Source: Spirochaetia bacterium (GTDB taxonomy: Bacteria > Spirochaetota > UBA4802 > UBA5550). Taken from it: a stretch of DNA of 64,000 bases. A model generated the notes under the pieces. It ran no database searches. It worked only from the letters and a program-made list of their open reading frames with translations, and had not been told where the DNA came from. Position 1 is the first letter of the stretch. Each line of letters begins with the position of its first letter. Below, in pieces: positions 48,539 through 58,962 of this stretch. Position numbers and translations under genes: made by a program. The stretch covers positions 15,941 to 79,940 of the forward strand of contig VFJS01000056.1 of NCBI GenBank assembly GCA_009885955.1. The letters run 5' to 3'.

Positions 48539-49924
48539 ATGAAAAGTAAAACTATTTTTATCAGAATACTTACTGTGGTAATGCTTATTGCAATAACTGC
48601 GCTCCATGCCGGCAGCAGGGAGAGCAGTGACAATGTGAAAGCCCTCATGGAGGCGAGCGGCATCACCTCCGGTGATATCAGCTCTTCTGAGGGGAGGAAG
48701 GAGCTGAACCTCTTTAATGTATTTGCCATGGCAGTGGGCCACAGCAACCGGCTCATCATAAAGAAAGAGGATATCAACAGGTCAGAGGCCAAAAAAGACC
48801 AGGCCTTCGGCGCATTTCTTCCCAGGATCTATGCCAGGGGCCAGATTATTTACCCGGAGAACAACACCTACACCGGCGTGAAGACCGGGTTGAGCCTGAA
48901 CCTGCGCCAGCCGATCATGACCGGCCTCGATGAAATTTCCGCCTACAAGGGGTACAAATCAGAAATTTTAATGAAAAAATATGACCTCCTCCACTCCATC
49001 AACCTTCTCCTTTCCGATGTGAGCGGTTACTTTTACCGGGCATCATCCATTGAAACTGACTTGAAGAGCAAGAGGCATGTCCTCTCCCTCTATTCCAATG
49101 TCCTCAGAGAGCTGGAGAGGAGGGTAGCCCTGGGAAGGAGCAGGAGGAGCGAGGTCCTCAGGATTAATTCGGAGATATACTCGCTCCAGTCTGCCATAAA
49201 GTCATCGGAGAACGACCTGGCCAGCGCCATGCTGAACCTTTCGAGCCTCACGGGAATTCCTGTCAATGCCGGGCTTCTAAACAGCCATACATTCCCGGAC
49301 CCCGATGACCCTGAAAAGAACATAACCTCCATTATCGAAAACAGGTGGGATGTGAAATCTGCGCGCGAGGCGGTAAAGGTTGCCGAAACCAGGCTCCTTG
49401 CGGCAAAGGGGCTCCATCTTCCCTCCTTGTACCTTGAAGGCGCCTACATGCTCTATACAAAAGACAAAAAGGATAGGGACTATTATGGTTCTATAGGAAT
49501 CGATATCCCCATATTCAGCGGCGGCATGGTCATGGCCAGGATCAGGGAGGAGGAGTCCTCGAAAAAACAGGCCGACGTTAACCTTGCCGAAACATTGCGC
49601 AATGCAAGGAATAATATAACCGACGCTTTTCAGACATGGAAAAATTCCCGGGAAGAAGTGGAAGCCTTCAGGCTTGCCCATGCCTCATCGGAGAACAACT
49701 ATAACGTGGTATTGAATGAATTCAGGCTCAACCTGGTGACCATTATTGATCTTTTCAATTCCCTGACCATTCTGCAGAACGCAAAGCAGAACTATGAGAA
49801 TACGCTTTTAAGATTCAGCTATAACAGGGTGAGGGTGAGCATTGAAGTGAACGGGATTACCGGGAAAAAAATCGGCCTTTTCAGGGATTCAATGCCCGCG
49901 GAATCGGAAAAAAAGGCCCGGTAG
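48539..49924 (+). CDS. TolC-family outer-membrane efflux protein
   Basis: Signal peptide (start at the internal MKSKTIFIRIL, RBS AAGGAG). Two-repeat architecture with coiled-coil segments typical of OEP/TolC. Confidence 0.65.
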   Translation: MKSKTIFIRILTVVMLIAITALHAGSRESSDNVKALMEASGITSGDISSSEGRKELNLFNVFAMAVGHSNRLIIKKEDINRSEAKKDQAFGAFLPRIYARGQIIYPENNTYTGVKTGLSLNLRQPIMTGLDEISAYKGYKSEILMKKYDLLHSINLLLSDVSGYFYRASSIETDLKSKRHVLSLYSNVLRELERRVALGRSRRSEVLRINSEIYSLQSAIKSSENDLASAMLNLSSLTGIPVNAGLLNSHTFPDPDDPEKNITSIIENRWDVKSAREAVKVAETRLLAAKGLHLPSLYLEGAYMLYTKDKKDRDYYGSIGIDIPIFSGGMVMARIREEESSKKQADVNLAETLRNARNNITDAFQTWKNSREEVEAFRLAHASSENNYNVVLNEFRLNLVTIIDLFNSLTILQNAKQNYENTLLRFSYNRVRVSIEVNGITGKKIGLFRDSMPAESEKKAR

Positions 49925-49966
49925 GCCCCTCTATCAAATAAACCGGTTAACATGCAATGAAGTATC

Positions 49967-50482
49967 TTATTTTCTTTTTCCGGTATGATTTACAAATGTA
50001 TCAATTTCTCTTTCAAAATTATCGGTGAAAATGCCCTGGCCTTTGTTTTGAATGATATCATCCATATCCCAGAACTTCACCGCGTCAATTTCTTCTTTAT
50101 TAAATTCAAAACCGCCTTCATGTTTTCCAAGAAAGGTTGTAACCAGTTCCGATTCTGCAGTTCCGGTAAAAATATATTCATAGAGGTAATCGATATCGCC
50201 GGGGCCTGTTCCCAGTTCCTCCTTCATCTCTCGAATAGCAGCAGCCAGGACCGATTCGCCCGGATTTACATGGCCGCCGACCGAGGAATCCCATTTCCCG
50301 GGCCCGGTGTCTTTTTTGATTGAACGTTTCTGCAGAAGAAGCTCCCCTGCGGAATTGAATATGAGTACGTGGACCGATCTGTGTAAAAGGGCAGGATTGC
50401 CATGTAATTCAGTTCGTCTGGCCTTTCCGGTCACATTGCCGTAGGCGTCCACGGTTTCCAGAATTTCAATGTCCCCTGTCAA
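49967..50482 (-). CDS. NUDIX hydrolase
   Basis: Nudix box GGHVNPGESVLAAAIREMKEELG. Confidence 0.85.
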   Translation of the reverse strand: MTGDIEILETVDAYGNVTGKARRTELHGNPALLHRSVHVLIFNSAGELLLQKRSIKKDTGPGKWDSSVGGHVNPGESVLAAAIREMKEELGTGPGDIDYLYEYIFTGTAESELVTTFLGKHEGGFEFNKEEIDAVKFWDMDDIIQNKGQGIFTDNFEREIDTFVNHTGKRK

Positions 50483-50496
50483 CTGTCCCCCTTCAG

Positions 50497-51177
50497 CTAC
50501 AACTTGGACAGCGGTATGAGAATCTTTGCGTATGTCTTGGACTTGTTGTCCGTAGAAAGTGTTAAATTTTTATGGGAGAGGTTGATATTTTTCAGCAGAA
50601 CAATTATCATTGAGAGCCCGAGCCCCATGCCCTCGGCTTCAGGGTCCGGATTCTCCATGTAGATCTGGGCGATGTTGTCGTATTTTGAGGCCTGTTCGAT
50701 CTTTTCAGTCATCCGGTTGTATTCCTTTTCGGACAGGGGGAGGTTGTTGATTACTTCAACAATCAGATTTTTCGATTTAACCTTGAAGTAAATCCTTGTG
50801 GAGAGTTTTTTGTCCTTGGCCTTTATGCCGTATTCAAGGAGGGAGTTTTTGTTCAGGATCGATCTCACCTTCTGAACCACTTCCATGGGATCGTCAGGAT
50901 TTTTTATCACCCCTTCGTCAATGAGTATTTTTTTTGCGGTGGCCTTTGTGGCATTGGCTATGAGCTCCTTGATGCAGGAAAGTACGGCGGTGAAAATATC
51001 CACCATATTATGTTTTTCAAGAATTTTGGCCAGGGTGAAGACAATTTTTTCCTCCACCTGGTCCAGGGCTGAGTAGGTTATGAATACAATATCCTCCTGG
51101 TTCCTGATGGCTGTAAGGACTATCCGGTGAAAATCTTTGCTGAGGATAGATTCACTTTTTTTAATTTCATCATTCAT
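50497..51177 (-). CDS. GHKL-like (histidine-kinase-like ATPase) domain protein, stand-alone
   Basis: N-box-like IKELIANATKA and G2-like EAEGMGLGLSMI. Paralogous to the N-terminal half of the protein at 59973..61466. Confidence 0.4.
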   Translation of the reverse strand: MNDEIKKSESILSKDFHRIVLTAIRNQEDIVFITYSALDQVEEKIVFTLAKILEKHNMVDIFTAVLSCIKELIANATKATAKKILIDEGVIKNPDDPMEVVQKVRSILNKNSLLEYGIKAKDKKLSTRIYFKVKSKNLIVEVINNLPLSEKEYNRMTEKIEQASKYDNIAQIYMENPDPEAEGMGLGLSMIIVLLKNINLSHKNLTLSTDNKSKTYAKILIPLSKL

Positions 51178-51455
51178 TTTTTTTCCCGTTTTGATATTTC
51201 TCAGGGATACTTAAGCCTGTTGGAGCTTTTCTTAAATAAAAGGCAAATCTATAATTATTTAATGAAATTTCAACTAAAATTAAAGGGGTATTGAAAATTT
51301 GAATATTTTCAAGCCCTATTTAACGATTTGATGCATTAATCAGGTATGATAAGGGCTGGATAATGAATAAAAATTACTTGACTCAGATCCATGGTTTTAT
51401 AAGAATGAGGCAATCATGGAATATTCTGCTGTTAAATGCCTGAGTTGTTATTGAG

Positions 51456-52472
51456 ATGATTGCTGATTATGAAATAACAGGTGTAAAAAAGGCGGCTGCC
51501 CTGCTTATTGCCCTTGGACCTGAAATAGCCTCAGAAATATTCAGTTATCTGGATGAAGATACCATAGAAAAGATTTCAGGGGAAATTGCGAAAACACAGG
51601 GGCTCTATTCCGATGACCGGGAAGAGCTCATCGGTGAATTCATCAACAATCTCAAGAAGTTGAAAAATAACTCCTATGGCGGAGAAGCAAAAGCCAAGGA
51701 TCTCCTGGTTAAGGCCTTCGGGAGAGACAGGGCCGATGATCTTCTTAAAAAGCTGACAATTATTGATGTGGACAGGGAATTCAGCTATTTTAAGAATGCT
51801 GAACCTGAAATTTTAGCGTCCCTCCTTGTGACCGAGCACGAACAGACAACGGCTGTGACCCTTGCCCTTCTGCCTCCGGAAATTTCAGGGAGGATTTTAA
51901 GGATATTCAGTCCGGATCTGGCCAAACGGGTTGCGGTAAAAATGGCAAGAACCGGCAGGATAAATCCAGAGGCTGCGGCGCAAATCGCCAGGAAGCTGAA
52001 GTCCCGGTACAAGGAGATCCTTGCGAAAAGGGAGAATGCCGAATCCTCAGGGGGAGTGGGAACGCTGGCCGACATTCTCAGCTATATGAAAAGCGAGGAT
52101 GAAAGGAAACTGATGAATTTTTTTGATGCATCAATGCCCGGCCTTTCCACGCAGATCAGGAATACGCTTTTCAACTTTGAGAATATTTCCAACCTCACGA
52201 ATATCGAGGTCAGGATCCTGATCGATGAGATAAAGGATGATGACCTCCTGGCCAAGGCGCTGAAAGGGGCCGGGGATGAGGCGAGGTTCAAGATTCTGCG
52301 CAACATGAGCCAGAACAGGGCAACGGATATAATCAATACAATCAATATGACCGGGCCCCTCAAAATTTCTGACGTGGAGAAGTGCAGGGACGAGATTGTT
52401 TTGAAGATGAGGAATTTGAATGACAGGGGCTTGATATCCTTGAAAAAGGACGGAGAGATTTACATCGATTAA
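51456..52472 (+). CDS. fliG: flagellar motor switch protein FliG homologue (orphan)
   Basis: N-terminal KKAAALLIALGPEIASEIFSYLDEDTIEKIS and C-terminal torque-helix region (IRNTLFNFENISNL .. ALKGAGDEARFKILRNMSQNRA) match FliG end to end. No other flagellar gene in the window. Confidence 0.8.
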   Translation: MIADYEITGVKKAAALLIALGPEIASEIFSYLDEDTIEKISGEIAKTQGLYSDDREELIGEFINNLKKLKNNSYGGEAKAKDLLVKAFGRDRADDLLKKLTIIDVDREFSYFKNAEPEILASLLVTEHEQTTAVTLALLPPEISGRILRIFSPDLAKRVAVKMARTGRINPEAAAQIARKLKSRYKEILAKRENAESSGGVGTLADILSYMKSEDERKLMNFFDASMPGLSTQIRNTLFNFENISNLTNIEVRILIDEIKDDDLLAKALKGAGDEARFKILRNMSQNRATDIINTINMTGPLKISDVEKCRDEIVLKMRNLNDRGLISLKKDGEIYID

Positions 52473-52512
52473 AAATAAAATAAAAATAAAATATAAAGCG
52501 AATAAAAAAATT

Positions 52513-54231
52513 ATGAAATTTTCTGAATTTAATCTGGATAAAAAAATATTAAAGGGTACCGATGAGGCCGGTTTCGTTGATTGCCTGGAAGTGCAGGCGG
52601 TAACCATTCCCCATGTACTTAACGGGAAGGATGTACTTGTGCAGTCCCAGACAGGGACAGGCAAAACTGCGGCATTTCTCGTCCCCCTTTTTCAGCGGAT
52701 CATGACCAGCACAACAAAAGGGAAGGCGCTTATCGTTGCCCCTACACGGGAGCTGGCAGTGCAGATCGAAAAAGAGGCGTCAATGCTCGGGAAGCATACC
52801 GGGCTGAAGTTCGGATGTTTTTACGGGGGCGTTGGGTATTCGGCGCAGGAAAAGCTGGTCTCCGACGGCATTGATATCATAATCGGTACACCGGGGAGGC
52901 TTATTGATCTCAACAACAGGAGGACCCTCCCTTTCAAGGATGTGGCCTTTGTCGTGATAGATGAGGCAGACAGGCTTTTTGACATGGGGTTTATGCCCGA
53001 TTTAAGGAAGATACTGAAAAAACTGAAACCCAAGTCGGAAAGGACTACCATGCTTTTCAGCGCCACATTGAGCTTCCAGGTCAAGTCCCTTGCCAGGGAC
53101 TATATGAATGAACCTGTTGAAATAGAGGTGAACCCTGAACAGATGACCGTGGATAAAATAAACCAGGTACTCTACCATGTAGGAAAGAAAGAAAAGATAT
53201 ACCTCCTGCTCGGCCTGCTTAAAAGGGAGAATCCGAAAAACGGCATAATCTTCGTCAACACCAAGAGGGGGGCCTATGAGATTGCCTCCAGGCTTATGCA
53301 TAACGGCTATAAATGCGAATACCTTATGGGCGACCTTGATCAGAAAAAGAGGCTCAAGATCCTGGATGATTTCAAAGCCGAGAAAGTGCCATTCCTTGTC
53401 GCTACCGATGTTGCATCAAGGGGGCTCCATGTGGAAGGCCTGGAGCTTGTTGTCAACTATGATCTTCCCAATGATACGGAGAGCTATGTTCACCGGATCG
53501 GAAGGACTGCCAGGGTGGGCAAATCGGGCAAGGCAATAACCTTTGCCTGCGAGGAGTTTGTCTATAGCCTGAGCGCTATTGAAGATTTTATAAAAATGAA
53601 AATTCCGGTAATCTGGGCAGATGAAGGGCTCTACGCCGAGGATTCAAGCGAGGGCCTTCATTTCAGGCTCAGCAGGGATGGTACCCCGATCAAGAAGGGC
53701 AGGGAAGGGAGAGGAACGAGGGATAGAAAGGACTCAAGGGAGACCAGGGATAGAAAGGATCCAAGAAGTTCAAGAGAAAGGAAGGATCCAAGAGAATCAA
53801 GGGAAAGGAAGGATCCAAGGGAGGCCAGGGAAGGAAGAAAACCGGCTGACAGGATAAAGAAGCTGCCTGAAGAGGAGATGGTTAAATCCGCCCGCCCTGA
53901 AAAAAGCCGAGACCCAAGACCTGACAGGAAAAGAAATCAGAGTCCCGGGAATGACAGGGCCAGGCATAAGGAATCGGCACGTACTGAGAAGTCTCCGGCA
54001 GTTAAAAAGGAATGGAAGGAGAGAGAGCATCATCATGATAGAAAATCCGGCAGTAAAAAGCCTGAGCATAAGAAAAAAGGCAGATCCCTTGATGAGAGGC
54101 TTGAATACTATAAGAGCAAGTACGGCGATAATTTTAAACCCACTGATGAACTCATCCAGGAAGAAAAGAAGCGGAAAGAAAACAGTTCAATTGTCAGGAA
54201 AATCCTTGGATTATTTTCAAAAAAGAAATAA
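52513..54231 (+). CDS. DEAD-box ATP-dependent RNA helicase with a repetitive Arg/Lys/Asp/Glu-rich C-terminal tail
   Basis: Q-motif, Walker A SQTGTGKT, DEAD (VIDEADRLFDMGF), SAT, HRIGRTAR. The tail contains reiterated RKDPRESRE units encoded by ~27-30-bp tandem repeats. Confidence 0.9.
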   Translation: MKFSEFNLDKKILKGTDEAGFVDCLEVQAVTIPHVLNGKDVLVQSQTGTGKTAAFLVPLFQRIMTSTTKGKALIVAPTRELAVQIEKEASMLGKHTGLKFGCFYGGVGYSAQEKLVSDGIDIIIGTPGRLIDLNNRRTLPFKDVAFVVIDEADRLFDMGFMPDLRKILKKLKPKSERTTMLFSATLSFQVKSLARDYMNEPVEIEVNPEQMTVDKINQVLYHVGKKEKIYLLLGLLKRENPKNGIIFVNTKRGAYEIASRLMHNGYKCEYLMGDLDQKKRLKILDDFKAEKVPFLVATDVASRGLHVEGLELVVNYDLPNDTESYVHRIGRTARVGKSGKAITFACEEFVYSLSAIEDFIKMKIPVIWADEGLYAEDSSEGLHFRLSRDGTPIKKGREGRGTRDRKDSRETRDRKDPRSSRERKDPRESRERKDPREAREGRKPADRIKKLPEEEMVKSARPEKSRDPRPDRKRNQSPGNDRARHKESARTEKSPAVKKEWKEREHHHDRKSGSKKPEHKKKGRSLDERLEYYKSKYGDNFKPTDELIQEEKKRKENSSIVRKILGLFSKKK

Positions 54232-54252
54232 TACTATGAGCGGCTTGTCTGC

Positions 54253-54648
54253 ATGAAGTCAATAATCAGGGCTGCATTAATTATTTTGGCAGCTGCATAC
54301 GTCTATGGTATGCCCTTTTCCTTTTCCCAGGATATTGAAAATATCAGTATCAATGAATTGATAAAGAATATTGAAAAATTCAGGAAAAAGAAAATTACTC
54401 TTACGCTGAAACTCAAAGGCATTGACAATATTTTTGAAAAGATCGTTTTTTATGATAAAAAAAAGAGCGAAATTGAGTTTGATATTTCTTCTAAGGATGC
54501 AAAGGGGCGTATCAGCCAGGACATGCTGAACATCCATGAAGGAATGGATTTTAATGTCACGTTTATTGTTAACGGCGTGGGAAACCTGGGATGGATAATA
54601 GCTGATTTAATCTCCTTTAAGCCCGTGGTGCTGGATAAATTGCCCTGA
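54253..54648 (+). CDS. hypothetical secreted protein
   Basis: 131 aa. N-terminal signal peptide (MKSIIRAALIILAAAYVYG). Confidence 0.35.
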   Translation: MKSIIRAALIILAAAYVYGMPFSFSQDIENISINELIKNIEKFRKKKITLTLKLKGIDNIFEKIVFYDKKKSEIEFDISSKDAKGRISQDMLNIHEGMDFNVTFIVNGVGNLGWIIADLISFKPVVLDKLP

Positions 54649-54948
54649 GCAGGGCATCGTAGTTCATAATCAATTTTTTCTGAAATATTTGAAAATTTTG
54701 CCACAGAGGCTCGGAGACACAGAGAAAGGGTATGTGCCCTTTATTTAAAAAGTCCCATTATAAAAAGAAGGCAGGATAGCTGGGCGGCTATTCTGCCTTC
54801 TTAAATTACGTACAGTGCCAAGAAAATAATATGATATTATCGGGAGGGATAACCATATTACTGCTTGATCATTATTATTTATCGGTTTGGGATTCAGGAA
54901 ACTTTAATATTTTTTATCGCTCAGCCAGGGAAAAAATAGGAAAAAAAA

Positions 54949-55014
54949 TTGCTCACGGGTCGGCACGGATAATCACAGATAGAATAAACCGTAAGTAGAC
55001 CTGTGAATCCGGTG
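54949..55014. promoter_or_regulatory. TCACGGATTCA-family motifs, site g (two half-copies)
   Basis: TTGCTCACGGGTCGGCACGGATAATCACAG and, in reverse complement, CCGGATTCACAGG. About 50-100 bp upstream of rsgA. Confidence 0.3.
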
Positions 55015-55054
55015 CGCGAATAGGTTGTCGCAGAGTAAATAATGAAATTTTAAT

Positions 55055-55975
55055 TTGATGAAAGGAAGAATAATAAAAGTTTTTGGACAGATATATACCG
55101 TTGAGTATGACGGTAAAAGCTATAATTGCGTGCTCAGAGGAAAGTTCAGAAGGGATAAAAGGCTGGAGAGTTTTTCGGGCCCTGCGGTGACAGGGGATAT
55201 CGTCGATTTTGATTTTGATGATAATAATGAAGGTATCATAGAGACTGTCCATGAAAGGCGGAATATTTTTTCAAGGAAAGAGCACGGAAGCAGGAAAGAA
55301 GACATTATTGCTTCCAATCTTGACCTCATTGTGGTAATTCAATCCTTTAAGAATCCCAGGCTCAATCTCCGGTTTGTGGACAGGCTCCTCATAAGGGGTG
55401 AAAAGGAGAAAATCCCGGTACTCCTCTGCGCAAATAAGTCTGACCTGGCAGCGAAGAAGGATATTCAGTATGTAGATACATACTATGCGGGAACGGGCAT
55501 TTCAGTAATTAAAACCAGCGTGGTTAAGGGGCGGGGTTTTGATGTTCTGCTTGATTTCCTGGCTGACAGGATATCAATATTTACCGGCAACTCAGGCGTG
55601 GGTAAATCGAGCATCATCAACCTTATAATGCCCGAAACAGGGCTCAGAATAACACCTGTATCTGAAAGCACGGGAAAGGGAAAGCATACCACGACAAATG
55701 TTGAAATGGTGAGCTCCGGCGCAATGAGGATCATTGACACTCCGGGCCTCAGGGAATTCGGGCTTCCCGATATAGACCCCCCGTCACTGGGGTATTATTT
55801 TACAGAATTCCGGAAGTACGCGGAGAGCTGCAATTTCCGCGCATGCACCCATGATCATGAACCTGGATGCGAGGTGAAAAAACAGGTTGAAGCAGGGAAT
55901 ATCAATCACGACAGGTATATATCCTACCTGAATATCTACAATTCTCTGAAGGAAAACCTTGACAATCTCTATTGA
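55055..55975 (+). CDS. rsgA: ribosome small-subunit-dependent GTPase A
   Basis: Circularly permuted GTPase (NKSDL before GNSGVGKSS). C-terminal zinc finger CTHDHEPGCEV. Confidence 0.9.
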   Translation: MMKGRIIKVFGQIYTVEYDGKSYNCVLRGKFRRDKRLESFSGPAVTGDIVDFDFDDNNEGIIETVHERRNIFSRKEHGSRKEDIIASNLDLIVVIQSFKNPRLNLRFVDRLLIRGEKEKIPVLLCANKSDLAAKKDIQYVDTYYAGTGISVIKTSVVKGRGFDVLLDFLADRISIFTGNSGVGKSSIINLIMPETGLRITPVSESTGKGKHTTTNVEMVSSGAMRIIDTPGLREFGLPDIDPPSLGYYFTEFRKYAESCNFRACTHDHEPGCEVKKQVEAGNINHDRYISYLNIYNSLKENLDNLY

Positions 55976-56763
55976 AGAAATGGATACACCCGGCTGCTGA
56001 TAAAATGATAACCATAAAAGATCTCTCCATCTCCTTCGGCGGAAGAAAAGTTATCGATACCGTATCTTTTGAAGTGCCTGCAGGGAGCACTACTGTCCTC
56101 ATGGGCAAGAATGGTTCCGGGAAATCAATAATATTAAAAGCCATAGCAGGCCTGAACAGGGATTACAGCGGAGAAATCTGTATCAACGGCAATGATATAA
56201 GGAATATTGACAGGAACCGGTCCGGACCGGCAAGGCCGGGCCCCGGGGATTTTAAGCTTGCCTATGTATTTCAGAAGGGCGGACTTTTCGATTCCATGGA
56301 TGTCTATTCCAATGTGGCCTTCGGCCTGAACAGGCTGGGCATTGACCCTGAGAGTATACCCGGGAAAATTGCAGAGTCCCTGAGGAAGGTCGGCCTTTCC
56401 GGGAGCGAAGAGAAGCTCCCTTCGCAGCTGTCCGGGGGAATGCAGAAGAGGGCAGGCCTTGCAAGGGCCATATCCCTTGAACCGCAGCTTATACTCTATG
56501 ACGACCCCACGGCCGGGCTTGATCCAATACTATCCGATTCTATTGGAGATCTGATGGTTGAGATTAAAACGGTCCTCAGGTCCACGGCAATTGCCGTCAC
56601 CCATGATATGAATATCGCTGAAAAAATCGGGGATTCCATTATTCTGCTCTATGACGGGAAAATTGTATATTACGGTACCGTTCATGAATTTTTTTCCGGA
56701 ACAAATCCCTATGCAGCCCAGTTCATCAAAGGTGATATAACAGGGCCCATTGATATTTTATGA
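55972..56763 (+). CDS. ABC transporter ATP-binding protein (MlaF-like), with a ~25-aa insertion after Walker A
   Basis: Walker A GKNGSGKS, signature LSGGMQKR, Walker B LILYDDP. Insert RNRSGPARPGPGDF between Walker A and the Q-loop. Confidence 0.85.
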   Translation: MKKWIHPAADKMITIKDLSISFGGRKVIDTVSFEVPAGSTTVLMGKNGSGKSIILKAIAGLNRDYSGEICINGNDIRNIDRNRSGPARPGPGDFKLAYVFQKGGLFDSMDVYSNVAFGLNRLGIDPESIPGKIAESLRKVGLSGSEEKLPSQLSGGMQKRAGLARAISLEPQLILYDDPTAGLDPILSDSIGDLMVEIKTVLRSTAIAVTHDMNIAEKIGDSIILLYDGKIVYYGTVHEFFSGTNPYAAQFIKGDITGPIDIL

Positions 56764-56765
56764 AT

Positions 56766-56811
56766 GCCCTCACCCCGCCTTCGGCGCGCCCTCTCCCGAT
56801 AGGGCGAGGGC
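56766..56811 (+). repeat. REP-like element, copy 10
   Basis: GCCCTCACCCC-GCCTTCGGCGCG-CCCTCTCCCGATAGGGCGAGGGC followed by TTTTTG; terminator-like context after the ABC gene. Confidence 0.8.
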
Positions 56812-56847
56812 TTTTTGAACATAGAATAATTGATGATTTCAATTAAC

Positions 56848-56888
56848 ACCCCTCTCCCTATTTCGGGAGAGGGGACGGGGGTGAGGGC
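56848..56888 (-). repeat. REP-like element, copy 11 (inverted partner of copy 10)
   Basis: CCCCTCTCCCTATTTCGGGAGAGGGG-ACG-GGGGTGAGGGC. Confidence 0.8.
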
Positions 56889-56955
56889 AATGTTGCAAAA
56901 TGTAATTGCAAAGAACTATTTATGTAATACTATTTTTTATCTGGAGAACTTACAT

Positions 56956-57949
56956 GAGTTTAAATGTGAAAAAAAATGCCCTATACGACGTCATGGGGAT
57001 CGGCTCGGCCCTTCTCGATCTCACTATGAGTACCGATGATGCCATGCTTGGCAGGCTCGGATTGAAAAAGGGGGAAATGCATCTCATAGATGCCGGAAGG
57101 AGCAGGGAAATTCTTGAAATGCTCAGCGGTCTGCCTATGGATGTGACTCCCGGCGGCAGTTCGGCGAATGCCATAGCAGGTGTTATGAATTTCGGGGGTT
57201 CTGCCATTTTTAATGGAAAAGTGGGAAGTGACCCCCATGGAGATCTTTACATAAACGAGACCAGGAAAACCGGCGCCCATGAAAGCATAAAAAGAGACAG
57301 TGGTATGACAGGACATGCAATAACTTTTATAACCCCGGACTCTGAGAGAACCTTTGCAACGCATCTCGGCGCTGCGATCCGTTTCAACCGGGACGATGTG
57401 GACCTTGAGTTGCTTAAAAAAAGCCGCATCCTCCACCTTGAAGGCTATCTCTTTGAGCCCCCGGATTTAAAAGAGGCCTGCATGACAGCCATGAAGGCAG
57501 CCGGGGAGAACGGCGTGCTTATATCAATTGACCTGTCGGATCCCGCGCTTATAGGAAGGATTCACGACACATTCACCGAGGTGCTGATGAATTATGCCGA
57601 TATCGTCTTTGTAAACGAAGAGGAAGCGCTGGCATTTACCGGCAAGAAGAGGGAGTCGGCGCTTGATGAACTCTACAGCCTCTGCAGTTTCGCAGTGGTT
57701 AAGCTCGGCAGCGAGGGGAGTATGTTAAAATCAGGCGGCGTCATTCACCGGATACCTGTTTTTAAAACAGACGTGGTCAATACCAATGGAGCAGGTGATA
57801 TGTTCGCCGCAGGCACCCTTTATGGAATATCACATGGCTATGATTCATACAGGTGCGGCCTGCTGGGCAGCTTTGGGGCTTCGCTTGTGGTTTCGGAAAA
57901 GGGGGCCAGGGTCCGGGAAAAAATCGATACGGGAAAAATCATATTATGA
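56956..57949 (+). CDS. PfkB-family carbohydrate/nucleoside kinase (adenosine kinase / ribokinase-like)
   Basis: GG motif near the N-terminus. C-terminal DTNGAGDMFAAG anion hole/catalytic Asp motif. Start taken as the internal MSLNVKK, downstream of the REP elements. Confidence 0.8.
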
Positions 57950-57972
57950 CGGATAGTTAAAAGCGTTTCGGC

Positions 57973-58962
57973 CTATTCTTTTTTGAAGAGCCTCTCCATT
58001 TTTTCCAGGGCCTGCCTGTATGACTCTTCAAATGGGAGTTTGGACTGATAACCGGCGGCATTTTTATGTCCCCCGCCATTGTTTTCTATGGCAATATCTG
58101 CCACGTTGTAGTTCCCCTTTGTCCTCATGCTGACTTTTACCGGGCCCTTCCCGTCGTGCTTCACGAGCAGGCTTGCCACAACCCCCTTAACCGTGAGCGG
58201 GAGGTTGATCGTAGGCTCACCTTCGGCAAATGACGCGCCTGTCTGGTCGATCATATCAGATGTCAGTTTCATGGATATGAGCTTGCCTCCATGGTGGATC
58301 TCCATGGTTGAAAGGATTTCCCTTCTGAGCTTGAAGCTTTCAATTGAATTGTTTTCATAGAGGTACTCGTGTATCAGAGGGGGGTTTACATTCATGTCAA
58401 CGCAGTGGCCTGCGATCCTGTATGTATCGCCCGATGTTTTCGGGTATTTGAATGAGCCGGTGTCAAAGACAAGGCCTGTGTAGATGGCCTGGGCGGCTTT
58501 AAATGAAAGTGGTTTTTTAAAATACTGTATTGCCCCGTAGATAATTTCCGATGTCGATGACGCGTTGGCCATGATAAAGTTGGAATAGAGCTTGCTGTCG
58601 CCGCCTTCGTGGTGATCAATAATAAACAGGTCCCTGACCCTGTCTTTCAGCATCATGTAGGCTATGCCGATGTTGTCATAGTCGTGGGTATCCAGGACAA
58701 ATTGCGCATATTCCTCAATATTATCCGGAATTTTGTATCCATCATTGATTACATTGATCTCTTTATCGATATCAAAGAAAAAAAGCGTATCCGGGGTCGG
58801 ATCCGAGTTGATGATTATCGATTCTTTCCCCAGGGATGTAAGGAGGTCCCTGAATGCGATGCATGACCCGAGCCCGTCTGCATCGGGGCTCTGATGCGTG
58901 GAAAGGACGAACTTGTCGTATTTTTCTATATAGTCGCCGATCAGTTTATATTTTTCATTCAT
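57973..58962 (-). CDS. nrnA: DHH/DHHA1 phosphoesterase (NrnA-like oligoribonuclease / pAp phosphatase)
   Basis: DHH motifs (SPDADGLGS, DHHEGG) and DHHA1 GGGH at the C-terminus. Confidence 0.8.
   Translation of the reverse strand: MNEKYKLIGDYIEKYDKFVLSTHQSPDADGLGSCIAFRDLLTSLGKESIIINSDPTPDTLFFFDIDKEINVINDGYKIPDNIEEYAQFVLDTHDYDNIGIAYMMLKDRVRDLFIIDHHEGGDSKLYSNFIMANASSTSEIIYGAIQYFKKPLSFKAAQAIYTGLVFDTGSFKYPKTSGDTYRIAGHCVDMNVNPPLIHEYLYENNSIESFKLRREILSTMEIHHGGKLISMKLTSDMIDQTGASFAEGEPTINLPLTVKGVVASLLVKHDGKGPVKVSMRTKGNYNVADIAIENNGGGHKNAAGYQSKLPFEESYRQALEKMERLFKKE

Noticed and set aside
23478-55014. Sigma-54 promoter interpretation of the TTGCTCACGG motif
   Set aside because: Order and spacing of GG and GC elements do not fit the -24 TGGCAC / -12 TTGC geometry.
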